From Coniocarpon cinnabarinum (taxonomy: Eukaryota): a DNA stretch of 64,000 nucleotides. Made by a program: the position numbers and the translations under genes. This document shows, one piece after another, positions 1 to 11,681 of the stretch. Every line of letters begins with the position of its first letter. Position 1 is the stretch's first letter. The notes under the pieces are model-generated. The model had not been told where the DNA came from. It searched no databases and was given only the letters and a program-made list of their open reading frames with translations. The stretch is taken from NCBI GenBank assembly GCA_051942205.1, contig JAVECO010000120.1:1-64000 (forward strand). Reading direction: 5' to 3'.

Positions 1-105
1 CCCCCACCCTCCCTGGTCTCTGCGAGCTGTCCTGCTTTCCTCCCCTCCGCCCTCTTCCAACGCCAAATCTTGACTATTCCCGTATTGCACGAAGCCTCCT
101 GCTCT

Positions 106-286
106 CTGCTTGACTTGACTCAACTCGCCTCGACTCAACTTGGTTGGACACTCAAGGGCTCCCTCTCAGCTGCCCGCCGCCGCCGCCCGCCGCGTCTCGA
201 CTTGCCTCGACTCACACCCTTTTACCTCCCACCTCCTCTCGTGACCTCACTACACCGCACCGCACCGCACCTCACCTCACCTCACC
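106..286 (+). repeat. Degenerate pentanucleotide/low-complexity tracts upstream of areA
   Basis: CTTGA/CTCAA/CTCGA runs at ~108-142, GCC run at ~172-192, CTCAC/CGCAC x8 at ~246-286. Confidence 0.6.
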
Positions 287-467
287 ACTCTGGGCAACCC
301 TCTCCTTCGCCTTGCGCTTCACCACCTTCTGCCAATTACCGCCGGCCTGATTACGTTGCGCTTGTACCTTTTGACGCATTGCACCACCCGTGGGATACCC
401 TGGTCTTTGCTCAACAGTCCATGACGAACACCGCTCTTCTCTCGATCGCCCACCGCACCCTTTCTGG

Positions 468-3225
468 ATGAGCTCATACGACAGCACGGCATCGGAGTAC
501 CTGCCAGGTCGTTACAGCCTCACCTCCACCACGCCTCTCAGCTCCACGCTGGATTCACCCTCCCACAACGAAGCTGCGGCCACCGTGCTGCAGCAGTCTG
601 TGTTTCCAGCCTGGAAAAATGACGCTTCGGGCCCAGAAATGGACAGTCCTGAAGAAATGCAGAAGAAAGACCCCTTGGGTATGCCCGTCCGTTCGATTTG
701 CTCGCACTCTGCTAACTCACCCTGTTGCTTAGGGATTGCCATTTGGAAGGTAATTGCCGCAGATATTGCCCTTGGGCACACGTGGATTCGCTGACCCCTC
801 TTGCAGTTGTACAGCCGCACAAAAATCCAGCTTCCTAACAAGGAGCGCATGGACAATCTATCATGGCGCATGATGTCCATGAATCTGCGGCAGCAACAGA
901 TGCAGACGCGACGCCGCCAACAGACTGCGTGAGTTCTGCCACCTCTAGCGCAGTTAATGTGGAACGATATACTAACGCCTGCATCTCTAGCAGGTTACCA
1001 CGGCGCTCGAAACCTCAGGCTCCGCAAAGCGGTCCAAGTGGCATCGCGCAGCTGCGCAACTCCTTCGACAACAATGCCGCAATACATAATGCCGATTCAA
1101 TGGCGCTCGACGACCTTATTGTACCCAATTCGGCCTCTTCGCCGGCTGGCATCTCTCGTTCTCCCTCTACCGATGCCATTCTGGCCACCAACAGCGCTGC
1201 CCGTAATATCCCTGTCAAGCGTCATCAAGAAACCCAAGAGCAACATTCGGCGCAACAACCACAACATCATCCTTTGAATCCTAGTCGTGCATCTGCCCCG
1301 CACGATGAATACAAGCAGACCGAGTTTGGCCTGATCAGAAAGCACTACCGCAAGACGAGCGTAGACGCACGCATGGTGAGTCATGTTCAGCACGGTGTGG
1401 GCATGCGCATTTGCCTTTACCAGAAACTGACCCTACTGGCACATAGACGCGAAAAAGGCCAGCTGAGCATTCACCTCAAGTGCCTCCTGCGAACAATGTT
1501 CCTGTGTTTGACCCTACCACTGAAGCAGCGCTCCATAATTATTCTCTCGATCCGGTCACCACTACCGCCCCAGTGCCCGCTCACCCCCATCCACACATGC
1601 CACAGCTGTTCAACATTGACACTGCCAACCTTGACACTGATCAGATGATCCACTCTGCCCCTCCGTTCCAACATCAGTTCGACTTCGAGACTGACCCGGT
1701 ATCATATACCAATCAGCCATTCAATTCCCTGTATGACACTGTTGGCTACGGCCAGACGATTGGCTCCGTGGAACATCGCACTCCTCCTACCAACAACGCA
1801 CACTCATCAACCACCACACCACAGCCCCTCGAAGAAGCAAGTCGCTTATACTTCACCGCTGGAGAGCCCAGCCTATCATCACAGCACCGCCCTCCTTTTG
1901 GTCGTCCCGTGTCACTCACCATGGGCGCCAACCTAAGTACATTCGCTACGAACGGTGCTCTCTCCGGCGCTCTCCTGTCTTCTGCTGCCAACAATCGTAT
2001 TCCAAGTAGTTTTCAAGGAAGCACTTACGCAACACAAAGTCACATAAATCCCAGTCAAGTGCTCAATGCAGATCCTTCTGGGATGCGCTCGAGACAACAC
2101 CAAAACAGATTCAGTCTTGGGCCGGATTCTGATAATGACGACGATGAAGTGACTGGTCTTGAAACAAACTTTGAGGACATGGGCTTCATCAATAACATGC
2201 ACAGTCATATCGAACCCGGAGCTCTATCCTGGGACCCATCCTTAAACAATCCCCTCATGTCTGGATTCAATCACGGCCAAGCGGCACCATCACTTAATTC
2301 GACAGAAATGTTTTCTACTAACCAAGATTGGAATCAGATGGGTTTCACGAGCGACTTTCACGGAGGTGCAGCATCTTCTGTGAGCGACATTAGGAATAGG
2401 AGTAACGACCCTCGCCGTCAAAAGATTCCTCGTACCGTCTCCACGCCCAATCATATGGAGTTTGGAAGCACACATGGATTGACTTCTCAGCCTGCATCGT
2501 CCATCAACTCGCCCGGACGAATTGGTCTTGATTCCGCGCTACCCTCGCGACCGGAGAGTCCAGGAGGCGTAAGGCAGGGAGAGCAGGGCGGCCAGCCGAC
2601 CACATGTACCAATTGCTACACTCAAACGACGCCTCTGTGGCGACGGAATCCCGAGGGACAGCCTCTCTGCAATGCATGCGGTCTATTCTTGAAGTTACAC
2701 GGTGTTGTTCGACCTCTATCATTGAAGACAGATATCATCAAGAAGCGCAATCGTGGCAGTGGCACCACGGCACCAGTGGGCAATCGTGTCAAGACAAAGT
2801 CACGTCAGAATTCCATGGCTCATCCCAGTTCTTCGAATAACCCACCCGGTAAGGTACCAGCGCCTGAATCTCAGTCGCCTTCGTCAACCTCTGGATCGGG
2901 CGCTTCACATCAAACGCCTCCTGCTTCAACAGCAGCGAAAACTAATGTACCGATCGCGCCCGGACCGCCGAAGCCCTCAGCGAATATGCCTGCTAATTTG
3001 AATCCGTTGCCGTCCCGCAACAAAGTTGCTGCTACTGGTGCGAAGAGGCCGCGCCGAAATACGAAGACATCTGGCCACGTGGGTGCTCGGGACGCGGAAA
3101 TGGCCAACGCTGGAGACACTAGTGGTGTCGGCATCGCCATTAATCAAAATCAGACCGGTCAGAGCTCCACAGACGAGCCAAATCAGAGCAATCCGGAATG
3201 GTCTTGGCTCACAATGAGCCTGTGA
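468..3225 (+). CDS. areA: GATA-type nitrogen regulatory transcription factor AreA/NIT2 (exons 468-678, 733-749, 807-928, 991-1375, 1447-3225; true start may lie further upstream)
   Basis: Spliced N-terminus [21 protein letters not shown]...[22 protein letters not shown] and [10 protein letters not shown] motifs, GATA finger [50 protein letters not shown], and C-terminus EWSWLTMSL. All introns are GT-AG and keep the frame. Confidence 0.96.
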
Positions 3226-3733
3226 GCGTTACAGTCACCCTATTGGACACCTTGGAGCTTTCTTCACATTCAATTTTGATTACCTGCAGTAATTCACTTG
3301 CAGCCCCAGCAATTCTGTTCTCTGGGCCTGGGTTCCCTGTGGGAGCTGCACCCTCTGAACTTCAGGTTCAGATTTTGTTTATCATTTCCACCCTTTCAAT
3401 CGTGGGGTATAGACGTCCTTTTGGCGGTATCTGAAATTAAGCTCGGCGTTCTGGAAGGTCATCTGCTGACATGATTGGAATTTGGCACGCAGACCTGATG
3501 GGTCTCCCAGTGTCCTACTGTCGATGTTGAAGTCGGACGACACCACTTTCGTGGTATGTATTCGATGTAGCTGATATGTAGAAGCTACAACGCGTTTTAC
3601 CGTGAAGACCTGCGAGCGTGGCCGCAGGCGAGAGGTATCATCTCACATCACATCTTGACGTTCATGACTTTGTCACTTCGCTTTCATTGCCAGTCGTGGA
3701 TCATAACCGTCCTTGCTCATGAATCTCGCATTT

Positions 3734-4048
3734 TCAACTGCTGGTACCGTTCCCCTCTTCACCCCTCTCTCCCTCCTCAGGTTCAAATTCCCTTCCAGCC
3801 GCCATGAATAATCCCCCCGTCCAACCACCCAACGATCGCATACTCTCCGCCTGTACGGCCGTCATCCGCACCAAGTTCTCCAAATCTGAGAGGTTGGCGG
3901 AGAGCTGTGCGAGCTGTGAATGGAGATGGTTCAGATGTCGGGCTTTGGCTGTAGCAGCGGGTGTGGTGGATGTGGACGGTCGAGAGTTGGAGGTGCTGCG
4001 GGGGGCGATGGAGGCGCGTGGGTGCGATGCTGCTTGGGGGTTCGACAT
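3734..4048 (-). CDS. hsk3: DASH/Dam1 kinetochore complex subunit Hsk3-like protein
   Basis: KARHLNHLHSQLAQLSANLSDLENLVRMTAVQAESMRSLGGWTGGLFMAA matches my recollection of the fungal DASH_Hsk3 signature. ATG at 4048. Confidence 0.8.
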   Translation of the reverse strand: MSNPQAASHPRASIAPRSTSNSRPSTSTTPAATAKARHLNHLHSQLAQLSANLSDLENLVRMTAVQAESMRSLGGWTGGLFMAAGREFEPEEGERGEEGNGTSS

Positions 4049-4172
4049 TGTGGATTTAAATGGTGAGCTGGACGAGCTCAGTGAGTGAAGGTATGGTAAA
4101 CTTCGTGCAGCTTGTTTTGTTTGGAGATTTGTAATGTGGGGAGACATGGATTGCCTCGATCCATCGCAGAGA

Positions 4173-4213
4173 ACGCGCTAGTAAGTTTTAGGCATCGACG
4201 CGTTCGCACGCGT
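4173..4213. promoter_or_regulatory. MluI cell-cycle box (MCB) cluster in the hsk3/SMC5 divergent promoter
   Basis: ACGCGT at 4198-4203 and 4208-4213 plus ACGCGC at 4173-4178, in a 342-bp head-to-head intergenic region. Confidence 0.6.
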
Positions 4214-4390
4214 CTTTACGACGAGCCATTTGCCTGATCTCATTTCGACATATCATTGCTTGCACGTCGCGCTTCGCGATATCAGCGGAAAGGTCGACAA
4301 CCAGTTATGAAGTTGTAGTTGCAGTCGTCTAGTCGCTGAGTGGAACTTGCTGCTTTTGGGCTTATCAAGCCTGAACGTGCATCCACGACA

Positions 4391-7300
4391 ATGCCAGGCA
4401 GAGTCCGCAATCGGGCTTCCCTTGAAGAGGACGAGGATCGCAATCGCGATTCGCCGTCATCATCATCAGCTTCGCAAGGTTCCGAAAACGATGAGAGCCT
4501 AGCACAGGCTTCACAACGAGCTGCAAACAAGAGGCCGCGACTGAGCAACGGAAATGGAAACGTGGACGATTCTTGGATGCTGAATCCCCCTGACGCTGCC
4601 AATGCTAGGCGAGCGCGCAACTCAGCAGCCCAAACAAACGGCGATGGCGTACCTGGTTCATCCATCATATCAAGTCAGGCGACGCGTTCACCGCCCGAGA
4701 CGTTCAAACCTGGACAACTCCTCAAAGTCCATCTACGCAACTTCGTAACTTACACGAATGCTACCTTCAAGCCAGGGCCCTCGCTAAACATGGTCATTGG
4801 GCCGAATGGCACGGGAAAAAGTACGTTGGTGTGTGCGATATGTATCGGTCTTGGTTTCAACACCAGTCACCTCGGACGTGCGAAGGAGCTGAGTGAATTC
4901 GTGAAGCATGGCGCAAAGGAAGCCACAGTCGAGATCACGCTCAAAGGTGCACCGGGCAAGGCGAACCCTGAGGTTCGGCTTGACTTTTCACGCGACGGCG
5001 AGAAGAAACAATGGCACCTGAACGGACAACAGTGTCGAGGGAAAGACATCAGCACCCTCACGTCCCGCTTTGGCATTCAAATCGACAATCTGTGTCACTT
5101 CCTCCCCCAAGATCGTGTTGTCGAATTCTCAAGGCTGAGTCCAAAAGATCGCTTGACCGGCACGTTGCGTGCAACCGCTGCGCCGCAGGTGCTGGAGCAG
5201 CACGAGCAGCTGAAAGAGCTTGCTGCTGAGAGAAGAACGATTCAGAGCGAGGCCGGGCGCAAACAAAGCGAGCTCACGTCGAAGAAGAGTCGACAGGATA
5301 CTCAACGGCAGGATGTGGAGAGGATAAGGGGGCGACAAGAAGTGGTGGAGCATATCAAGCAACTGGAAAAGCTCCGTTCGATTGCTAAGCACATGGAATA
5401 TCGAAAGAAGCACGAAGAGACAAGGGTCAGGAAGGAAGAGATCAAAGCCTCTCTCAACCAACTAAACGCTCAAGTCGAGCCTTTCGACCAGGCGAAGAAG
5501 ACCAAGGAAGCGTATTTTGGGAAAGCAAAAAAAGCCCTAGATCTTCGCAGGAAGCTGTGCGACCAGCTTGAAAAGCGTGCTAATAAGTGTAAAGATGACC
5601 AAAACAAATCTCAGTCTGACATGCGAGCAACGTCAGAGAAGCACAAGGCTGAGAGGGAGCTGTACAAGAAGCGCCAAGGGCAAGTGCAGAAGGTCAGGCA
5701 GGACATCATAAACGTGGAAGCGCAGATGGAGCAGCGTCCAATCGAACTGGACGCCGCAGAATACAACCGACGAATAAACGCCAAGGTCAGAGAAATCCGC
5801 GCGGAGGAAGAAAAGAAATCTAGCATTAGAGAGGCGGGTGGTGATCGCCAACAAAGTATCCGTGAGAGCCAAGCTCAGATTCAACAGACAGAGAACGATC
5901 TCAAGAATCTGTCGTCGCGGAGTGGGCAACAGCGCCATCAGCTTAGGACGATGTCGCAGCACACTTTTCAAGCCTGGGAGTGGATTCAGGAGAACAGAGG
6001 CAAGCTCAAAGGAGATGTGTATGGTCCTGCCCTTGTCACCTGCACGGTGAAGGACCAGCGGTACGCGCCTATGATCGAAAGTCTGATGCAGAAGTGGGAC
6101 TTTCTGCGCATTACCTGTACTAATCAAGAAGACTATCGCTTTCTCGCAGACTTCCTTGCCAAGGAACTTCAATTGTCCGACTACGCACTTTACCGACTGA
6201 GAGATGACTCCGGCAGGTCTCGACCGCCCTTGAACGAGCGTGAAGCTCGTGACATTGGCCTTGAAGGTTGGGCCATAGATTTCCTCGATGGGCCCGAGCC
6301 CGTCTTGAAAATGTTGGGCGAAGCCAGGCTTGACACAACTGGGATCATGTGGCGCGATGTCGACGACCAGCAATTTCAAGCTCTAGAAAGCAGCGGGTTG
6401 AGCAATCTGGTGACTTCAAAGTCGAGCTATAGGGTCACCAAACGATCAGACTACGGAGAGGGTGCAAAGTCCACTCGTGTGATGCCTGTGCCAAGTCATG
6501 CGAAGCACTGGTCAACTCAAGGTGTTGATGTGAGCATCGAACACGAGCTCAAGCAGCGCATGGCGGAGCTCAAAGATAAGGTCGCGGGTCTAGAAGGCCA
6601 GCAAAACGAATCAAGGTCTGAGCTGGAAACAGTCAATCAATCGATGAGGGCTCTTGAGGGTGAGAAGGAAGAGATTCAAAATGAAAAGGACGAGAAGCAG
6701 CGACACAACGCAATGCTTGCAGCTTTGCCTAACAAACTTAATGGACTCAAGCGCAAGCTGGAAGACTTCCAGGATCTTGAGACCGAGTATCAGCAAAAAG
6801 TGAAAGAGATTCGTCAAGAGCGGGAGGCGTTGATCCTGAAGAATGGTCAATTGGCTATTGACTATGCCAATCTTGTGGACTCATTGCGTCAGAAGCATGC
6901 TGACGTCGTGTCGATAGCCATTGCTGTTATCGAGGCAGAGTCCGACGTTGAGCAGTGCAAAAAGCAACACTCTCATGCAACTCAGGAACGCGACAGACTT
7001 GCTAAGGAACTGCAGGACGTAAGTAAAAAGTTGAGTGAGCTCAAGCAGAAGGCGATGGATTCGATCGATGAATGGAGGGCTTACGCAGCGCGCGAACCGG
7101 GACTCACAGAATTCTTCGAGAGTCTATCGCAAGAGGAACAAGCACGTAGGCCGGATGAACTTGAGGCGGTGATTGATGCGCTTCGCGGGAGAGTGGAGAC
7201 GCTTCACGAAGGTGACCCCAATCTACTGCAGGATTTCGAAGCGCGAGGACGGGAAATCGAGCGTCTTGAGCAGAAGATTCAAAAGTCGTCGGAAAGAACG

Positions 7301-8017
7301 CAGGAGCTTCAGCAGCAAATCTCTGCCATTCGTAGTACTTGGGAGCCTGAGATCGATGCGCTGGGCGACAAGATTTCACAGAAGTTTTCGAGCTTGTTTG
7401 CTCGAATCAACTGTGCCGGATCCGTGCAGGTTTACAAGCCTGGTGCTGGTAGCTCAGCTAATGACGACGATGCTCAAGAGAATGGAGACGACGAACAGCC
7501 TCTTGAGGAGGGCCACGACTACGAGAACTGGGCTATCCAAATCCTTGTCAAATTCCGTGAGAATGAGCAACTCTCTCTCTTGGACTCTCATCGCCAATCT
7601 GGAGGTGAGCGCGCCGTCACGACCATCTACTACCTCATGGCATTGCAAAAGCTATCACGTGCGCCCTTCCGCGTTGTGGACGAGATCAATCAGGGTATGG
7701 ACCCCCGAAACGAACGCATTGTCCACGAGCGCATGGTCGACATGTCGTGTGGTCTGGATGAAGAAGAAGACGAAGACGAAGAAGACGTGGACAGCAAGAG
7801 TCAGTATTTCCTCATTACGCCGAAACTGTTGCCGGGTTTGAAATACAAACCTGGGATGAAGGTGCACTGCATTGCCAGTGGGGAGTTCATGCCGCCTGTC
7901 AATAAGAAGACGCCGGCGATGGATCTGGGAGCGCTGTTGACGAGGAAGAGGGCGCTGAATGTAAAGTCGGAGGCGGAGTTGGAGACTTCAGGGTTGATCG
8001 ATGGTGTGGGTGCCTAA
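4391..8017 (+). CDS. smc5: Structural maintenance of chromosomes protein 5 (intronless)
   Basis: Walker A GPNGTGKST in context NFVTY...PGPSLNMVIGPNGTGKSTLVCAICIGLG, QIDNLCHFLPQDRVVEF, long coiled coils, signature QSGGER, Walker B PFRVVDEINQGMD, SQYFLITPKLL. Confidence 0.96.
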   Translation: MPGRVRNRASLEEDEDRNRDSPSSSSASQGSENDESLAQASQRAANKRPRLSNGNGNVDDSWMLNPPDAANARRARNSAAQTNGDGVPGSSIISSQATRSPPETFKPGQLLKVHLRNFVTYTNATFKPGPSLNMVIGPNGTGKSTLVCAICIGLGFNTSHLGRAKELSEFVKHGAKEATVEITLKGAPGKANPEVRLDFSRDGEKKQWHLNGQQCRGKDISTLTSRFGIQIDNLCHFLPQDRVVEFSRLSPKDRLTGTLRATAAPQVLEQHEQLKELAAERRTIQSEAGRKQSELTSKKSRQDTQRQDVERIRGRQEVVEHIKQLEKLRSIAKHMEYRKKHEETRVRKEEIKASLNQLNAQVEPFDQAKKTKEAYFGKAKKALDLRRKLCDQLEKRANKCKDDQNKSQSDMRATSEKHKAERELYKKRQGQVQKVRQDIINVEAQMEQRPIELDAAEYNRRINAKVREIRAEEEKKSSIREAGGDRQQSIRESQAQIQQTENDLKNLSSRSGQQRHQLRTMSQHTFQAWEWIQENRGKLKGDVYGPALVTCTVKDQRYAPMIESLMQKWDFLRITCTNQEDYRFLADFLAKELQLSDYALYRLRDDSGRSRPPLNEREARDIGLEGWAIDFLDGPEPVLKMLGEARLDTTGIMWRDVDDQQFQALESSGLSNLVTSKSSYRVTKRSDYGEGAKSTRVMPVPSHAKHWSTQGVDVSIEHELKQRMAELKDKVAGLEGQQNESRSELETVNQSMRALEGEKEEIQNEKDEKQRHNAMLAALPNKLNGLKRKLEDFQDLETEYQQKVKEIRQEREALILKNGQLAIDYANLVDSLRQKHADVVSIAIAVIEAESDVEQCKKQHSHATQERDRLAKELQDVSKKLSELKQKAMDSIDEWRAYAAREPGLTEFFESLSQEEQARRPDELEAVIDALRGRVETLHEGDPNLLQDFEARGREIERLEQKIQKSSERTQELQQQISAIRSTWEPEIDALGDKISQKFSSLFARINCAGSVQVYKPGAGSSANDDDAQENGDDEQPLEEGHDYENWAIQILVKFRENEQLSLLDSHRQSGGERAVTTIYYLMALQKLSRAPFRVVDEINQGMDPRNERIVHERMVDMSCGLDEEEDEDEEDVDSKSQYFLITPKLLPGLKYKPGMKVHCIASGEFMPPVNKKTPAMDLGALLTRKRALNVKSEAELETSGLIDGVGA

Positions 8018-8750
8018 AGTCAAGTGTATTGGTACAGCTCGCAATGTGTGCATGTTCTACAAGCGTTGATTGTCAACATGTATTGTATCCATGACCAGTC
8101 TGAACACTCCCATTAGTCCTCGTCAAACGCCGCCTTTGAGGAGAGGTACCTCCGTTTTTGCGGTGCCATGAATATATTTTTAGAGAATGATGATCATATG
8201 TTGATGAGGGAGATGAGGAACATGTTTGTATGTTCTCAAGCTAGAGAACCTCACGTTAGCAGGATACACGAAAGCTAGGGCAGTATTGACGAGAGACCTT
8301 TTTACAATCTCGAGCGAGTGGATTATCAATTAGTCCACCCGTTATAGAGGACTGCTCTTAGCCCAGGCGCCACCCAAAGAATCAAAAACAATTTCACCAA
8401 AACGTGTGGCCTGACAACAACGTAAAAGTCAAACAGTGTTAGCACCTTTGTAGTGGAGACTAGTGCCAGCATTCTGCCCGGCTGCACGGTCCGTCGAAAG
8501 GCGGTCTGAAAAGCGTTGTTTGTCAAACAATCTATACTAACACGTCATCATGCCATCAACAAATCGTCAATAGCTCTAGAACACATAGCCTGCATCTCAA
8601 CAATTATCCATTGACAGCTGTTGTCAGAATGCTCTGACGGACTAGAGCAGAGGCGAGTTGAGTCATAACGTGCGCTAAGGCACCCAGCGTTGCTGCTCTT
8701 TACCCATCGTCCTTGGTGTTATTTCCACTGTTGCAAGACTTCTCACAACG

Positions 8751-10676
8751 ATGGATTTCAATGTCACCATGCCGACCGGCGATGAGTTTTTGACTATGTT
8801 CCAAGAGCTCAGTCCTCTGATCCCAACCTATGTCCATATTCTTGTTGCAGCCCTCTTTCCCATCTTCGCTGGAGCGCATGCTTCTCTCACTCGTCCTTCG
8901 ACTGCAGCAAAGCCAAGCAAGAAGCACAAGAACGATGCTGAAGCGTCAGACGAAGGTGAAGATGAGGATGCCCCCTTGCAGCATATGGAAGGGATGTCCA
9001 CCAGCGATGCTATTCTGTTCCCCATCACTGCCGCTCTGATGCTGACGGGTCTGTACTTTCTCATCAAATGGCTTGAAGACCCCCAAATACTCAACAAAAT
9101 ACTCAACTATTATTTTGCGAGCTTCGCTTTATTTGGAGTCGCAAGAATTATTAGCGATGGGCTAGACGTTGTGCACTCGCTAGCGTTTCCTCAACGGTAC
9201 AGCGATGGAGAGGGTTTGTGGCAAGTCAAAACCTTGCAACGACAGACTCGTCTTCTCGATGGCAATGGGCAAATCAAGAAGAGACGCAACTCCCCTCTGC
9301 CAGGGCCATTCGCGCAGCTCCGTCTGCCAGAGTTTGTTCTCAACGTCCTGTGGTTTCTCAAGTCGGCTCCAAATAGGAAATTTACGTTTAAAATTCACTT
9401 ACATCGCATCATCTCTGCGGACTTCAAGCTCGGTATCCATGGCATCGAGGGTCTCTTGATCGGCCTGATCACCGTGTTTTACTACAACTTCATCGCCAAA
9501 CCCTGGCCAGTGACAAATCTAATTGGCTTCGCCTTTGCCTATGGCGCTATGCAAATACTCACACCCACCAAGTTTGCGACTGGCAGCTTGCTGCTCGCAG
9601 CTCTTTTTGTGTATGACATCTACATGGTCTTCTACACGCCTATGATGGTCAGCGTCGCGAAGAACCTGGAAATACCTGGCAAGCTCGAATTCCCGCGACC
9701 TGAAGAAGGAGGCAAGATAGGACTGGCGATGCTCGGTTTGGGAGATGTCGTACTTCCCGGTATATTCATAGGATTGGCGTTGAGATTTGACCTCTGGCTC
9801 CATTACCTACGCTTGCAGAAATCTAAAACCCCGGATGAGAAACCCAGCCTTCAGCATCCTGAAGAGGAGGCAGAGTCCGATTCGAAACAACAGGACAAGA
9901 CCAAGCAAGATGTTTCCAAAGCTGAATATACGAATGTCACTGGACACTGGGGCGAACGTCTCTGGACATCAACTCCGACCATGTTACTTACATCGTTGTT
10001 GACTGGGCAACAAATCTCAACTTCCACGAAGTCCGGACAGGCTGCTCAGAACGTGTCTTCAGACAACAAAGAGCTCGCCTCGCACACACGTCCGGCGTGG
10101 CGATTCCGAAAGCCATACCTTACTGCCACTCTCACTGGGTATATTGCGGGAATGGTGACGACACTGCTGGCTATGCAAATCTCCGGACATCCACAGCCAG
10201 CTTTGCTTTACCTCGTGCCTGGCGTAATCGGGGCTTTCTGGATAACAGCATGGATGAGACGAGAGATTGGATTGGCACTGGAATTTTCAGAGTCAGAGGA
10301 CGAAGAAGCCCCGAAACAGAAGCAAAAAGAGGGCCATTCTGAATCGAAAGACAAAGGAGGTGCACAGTCCATCTGGGACTCTCTCGGACGTATGTTTGCT
10401 GGCTCGAAAAGCGGGACAGAGAACGGGAAAACAAGAAAGGGTATTGAAAACAAAAAAGAGGGTGATCGTCATGATGCTGAACAGATCAATGGTTCTTCGG
10501 TGGACAAGAAGGAGCAACAGGCCAACTCATCAAAAGAGGATACCAAACCGGGACAAGAGTCACATGATGACAGTCGACCGTGGCTCAAAGTTGGTGCAGC
10601 GGACGTATTCAAGCTTGAGGTGCGACTGCCGCCGTCACTGCCGCAGTCTGAAGCAGCTGCAAAGAAGGACAGCTAA
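8751..10676 (+). CDS. sppA: Signal peptide peptidase (family A22B intramembrane aspartyl protease, SppA/Ypf1-like)
   Basis: Multiple TM segments, catalytic YD (FVYDIYMVF) and GLGD motifs, QPALLYLVP motif, C-terminal KKDS (KKxx ER-retrieval-like). Confidence 0.93.
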   Translation: MDFNVTMPTGDEFLTMFQELSPLIPTYVHILVAALFPIFAGAHASLTRPSTAAKPSKKHKNDAEASDEGEDEDAPLQHMEGMSTSDAILFPITAALMLTGLYFLIKWLEDPQILNKILNYYFASFALFGVARIISDGLDVVHSLAFPQRYSDGEGLWQVKTLQRQTRLLDGNGQIKKRRNSPLPGPFAQLRLPEFVLNVLWFLKSAPNRKFTFKIHLHRIISADFKLGIHGIEGLLIGLITVFYYNFIAKPWPVTNLIGFAFAYGAMQILTPTKFATGSLLLAALFVYDIYMVFYTPMMVSVAKNLEIPGKLEFPRPEEGGKIGLAMLGLGDVVLPGIFIGLALRFDLWLHYLRLQKSKTPDEKPSLQHPEEEAESDSKQQDKTKQDVSKAEYTNVTGHWGERLWTSTPTMLLTSLLTGQQISTSTKSGQAAQNVSSDNKELASHTRPAWRFRKPYLTATLTGYIAGMVTTLLAMQISGHPQPALLYLVPGVIGAFWITAWMRREIGLALEFSESEDEEAPKQKQKEGHSESKDKGGAQSIWDSLGRMFAGSKSGTENGKTRKGIENKKEGDRHDAEQINGSSVDKKEQQANSSKEDTKPGQESHDDSRPWLKVGAADVFKLEVRLPPSLPQSEAAAKKDS

Positions 10677-10852
10677 ATGCATGTAAAATCAAAAGCTTCA
10701 CACGCAGACACAAGCTGCAAAGAAATAGATGAACGCACACGATGCATAGAAGCACGTCGCCTACTCCTGTAAGAATGATGTGTTTGCTAAGATTGAATTC
10801 AAGCTCATTTACATGGAATCCATCATCACGTCGTCCACAGCGTTCAACATAA

Positions 10853-11681
10853 TCAACCAGTGAGCTTGCTGCGCACGAAGCTAATGGCTTGCTGGCCGTA
10901 CTCTTGGCCGTAACCTTGGTGAGTAGCTGCGTTGTTGCCGTTGCAGCAGTAAGGGTCGGATGCGTCGCAGTAGGACTTGATCTTGGCGGCGCTGGGACAG
11001 TTGAAGCCAGCCGGCCTTTGGTCAAACTACGAAGGATATCAGTACACATACATTGACCAAGAACGTTATGTGAGCCGTAGATGGACAGTGGACTCACCCC
11101 GCCAGCTGCGCAGGTTCCGACGTTGTACGGCAGTCCTGCTCTGAAGAGTGGGTCACCCTGGAAGATGGCGGCCTTGACTTGGTTGACGGCGGCTGCTGTC
11201 AAAAGAACAGCCGTGTTGGTGTACCCCTGGTTGGGGTCGCCGCCACCGCAGAGAGCCGCGTCAAAGATCTCGCTACCCTGGAATACCGAATCAGTCTTCC
11301 CACACTATTACGTTCAGTCTGTTACAGACACCGTACCTGCGAATAGCCCACCAGCACGAGCTGTGTCTGCGGGCATTGTCGGTTGTAATTGTTGACGGCG
11401 TTGGCAGCCGCTTGGATACCCTGGGTGACTGACTGGCTGTAGCTGAGGCTGCCACATGACGCTTGGCCGCCGCATGCTGGGTAGCTGATGGCTTCGGCGG
11501 TAGAGCCCGGATAGGCGCTCAGAAGACCATTGACGACTGTGGCGGAGGAACCGTAGCCTGGTGACACTGAAGTTTCGCGCGCACCGAAGATGTGGATGTT
11601 TGGGCACGCAGCACGCTTTTCAGCGGGAGCCGCCGAGGCGAGGAAAGCGGGAAGCAGAGCGAGCAGCGAAGCGGTGTGCAT
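10853..11681 (-). CDS. Secreted acetylxylan esterase, CE5/cutinase fold (exons 11681-11337, 11277-11098, 11026-10853)
   Basis: Signal peptide and KR site, CPNIHIFGARET...GYGSS, YPACGG, GYSQG nucleophile motif, GDP, SYCDASDPYCCNG...HQGYG. Typical of fungal AXE II-type enzymes. Confidence 0.93.
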
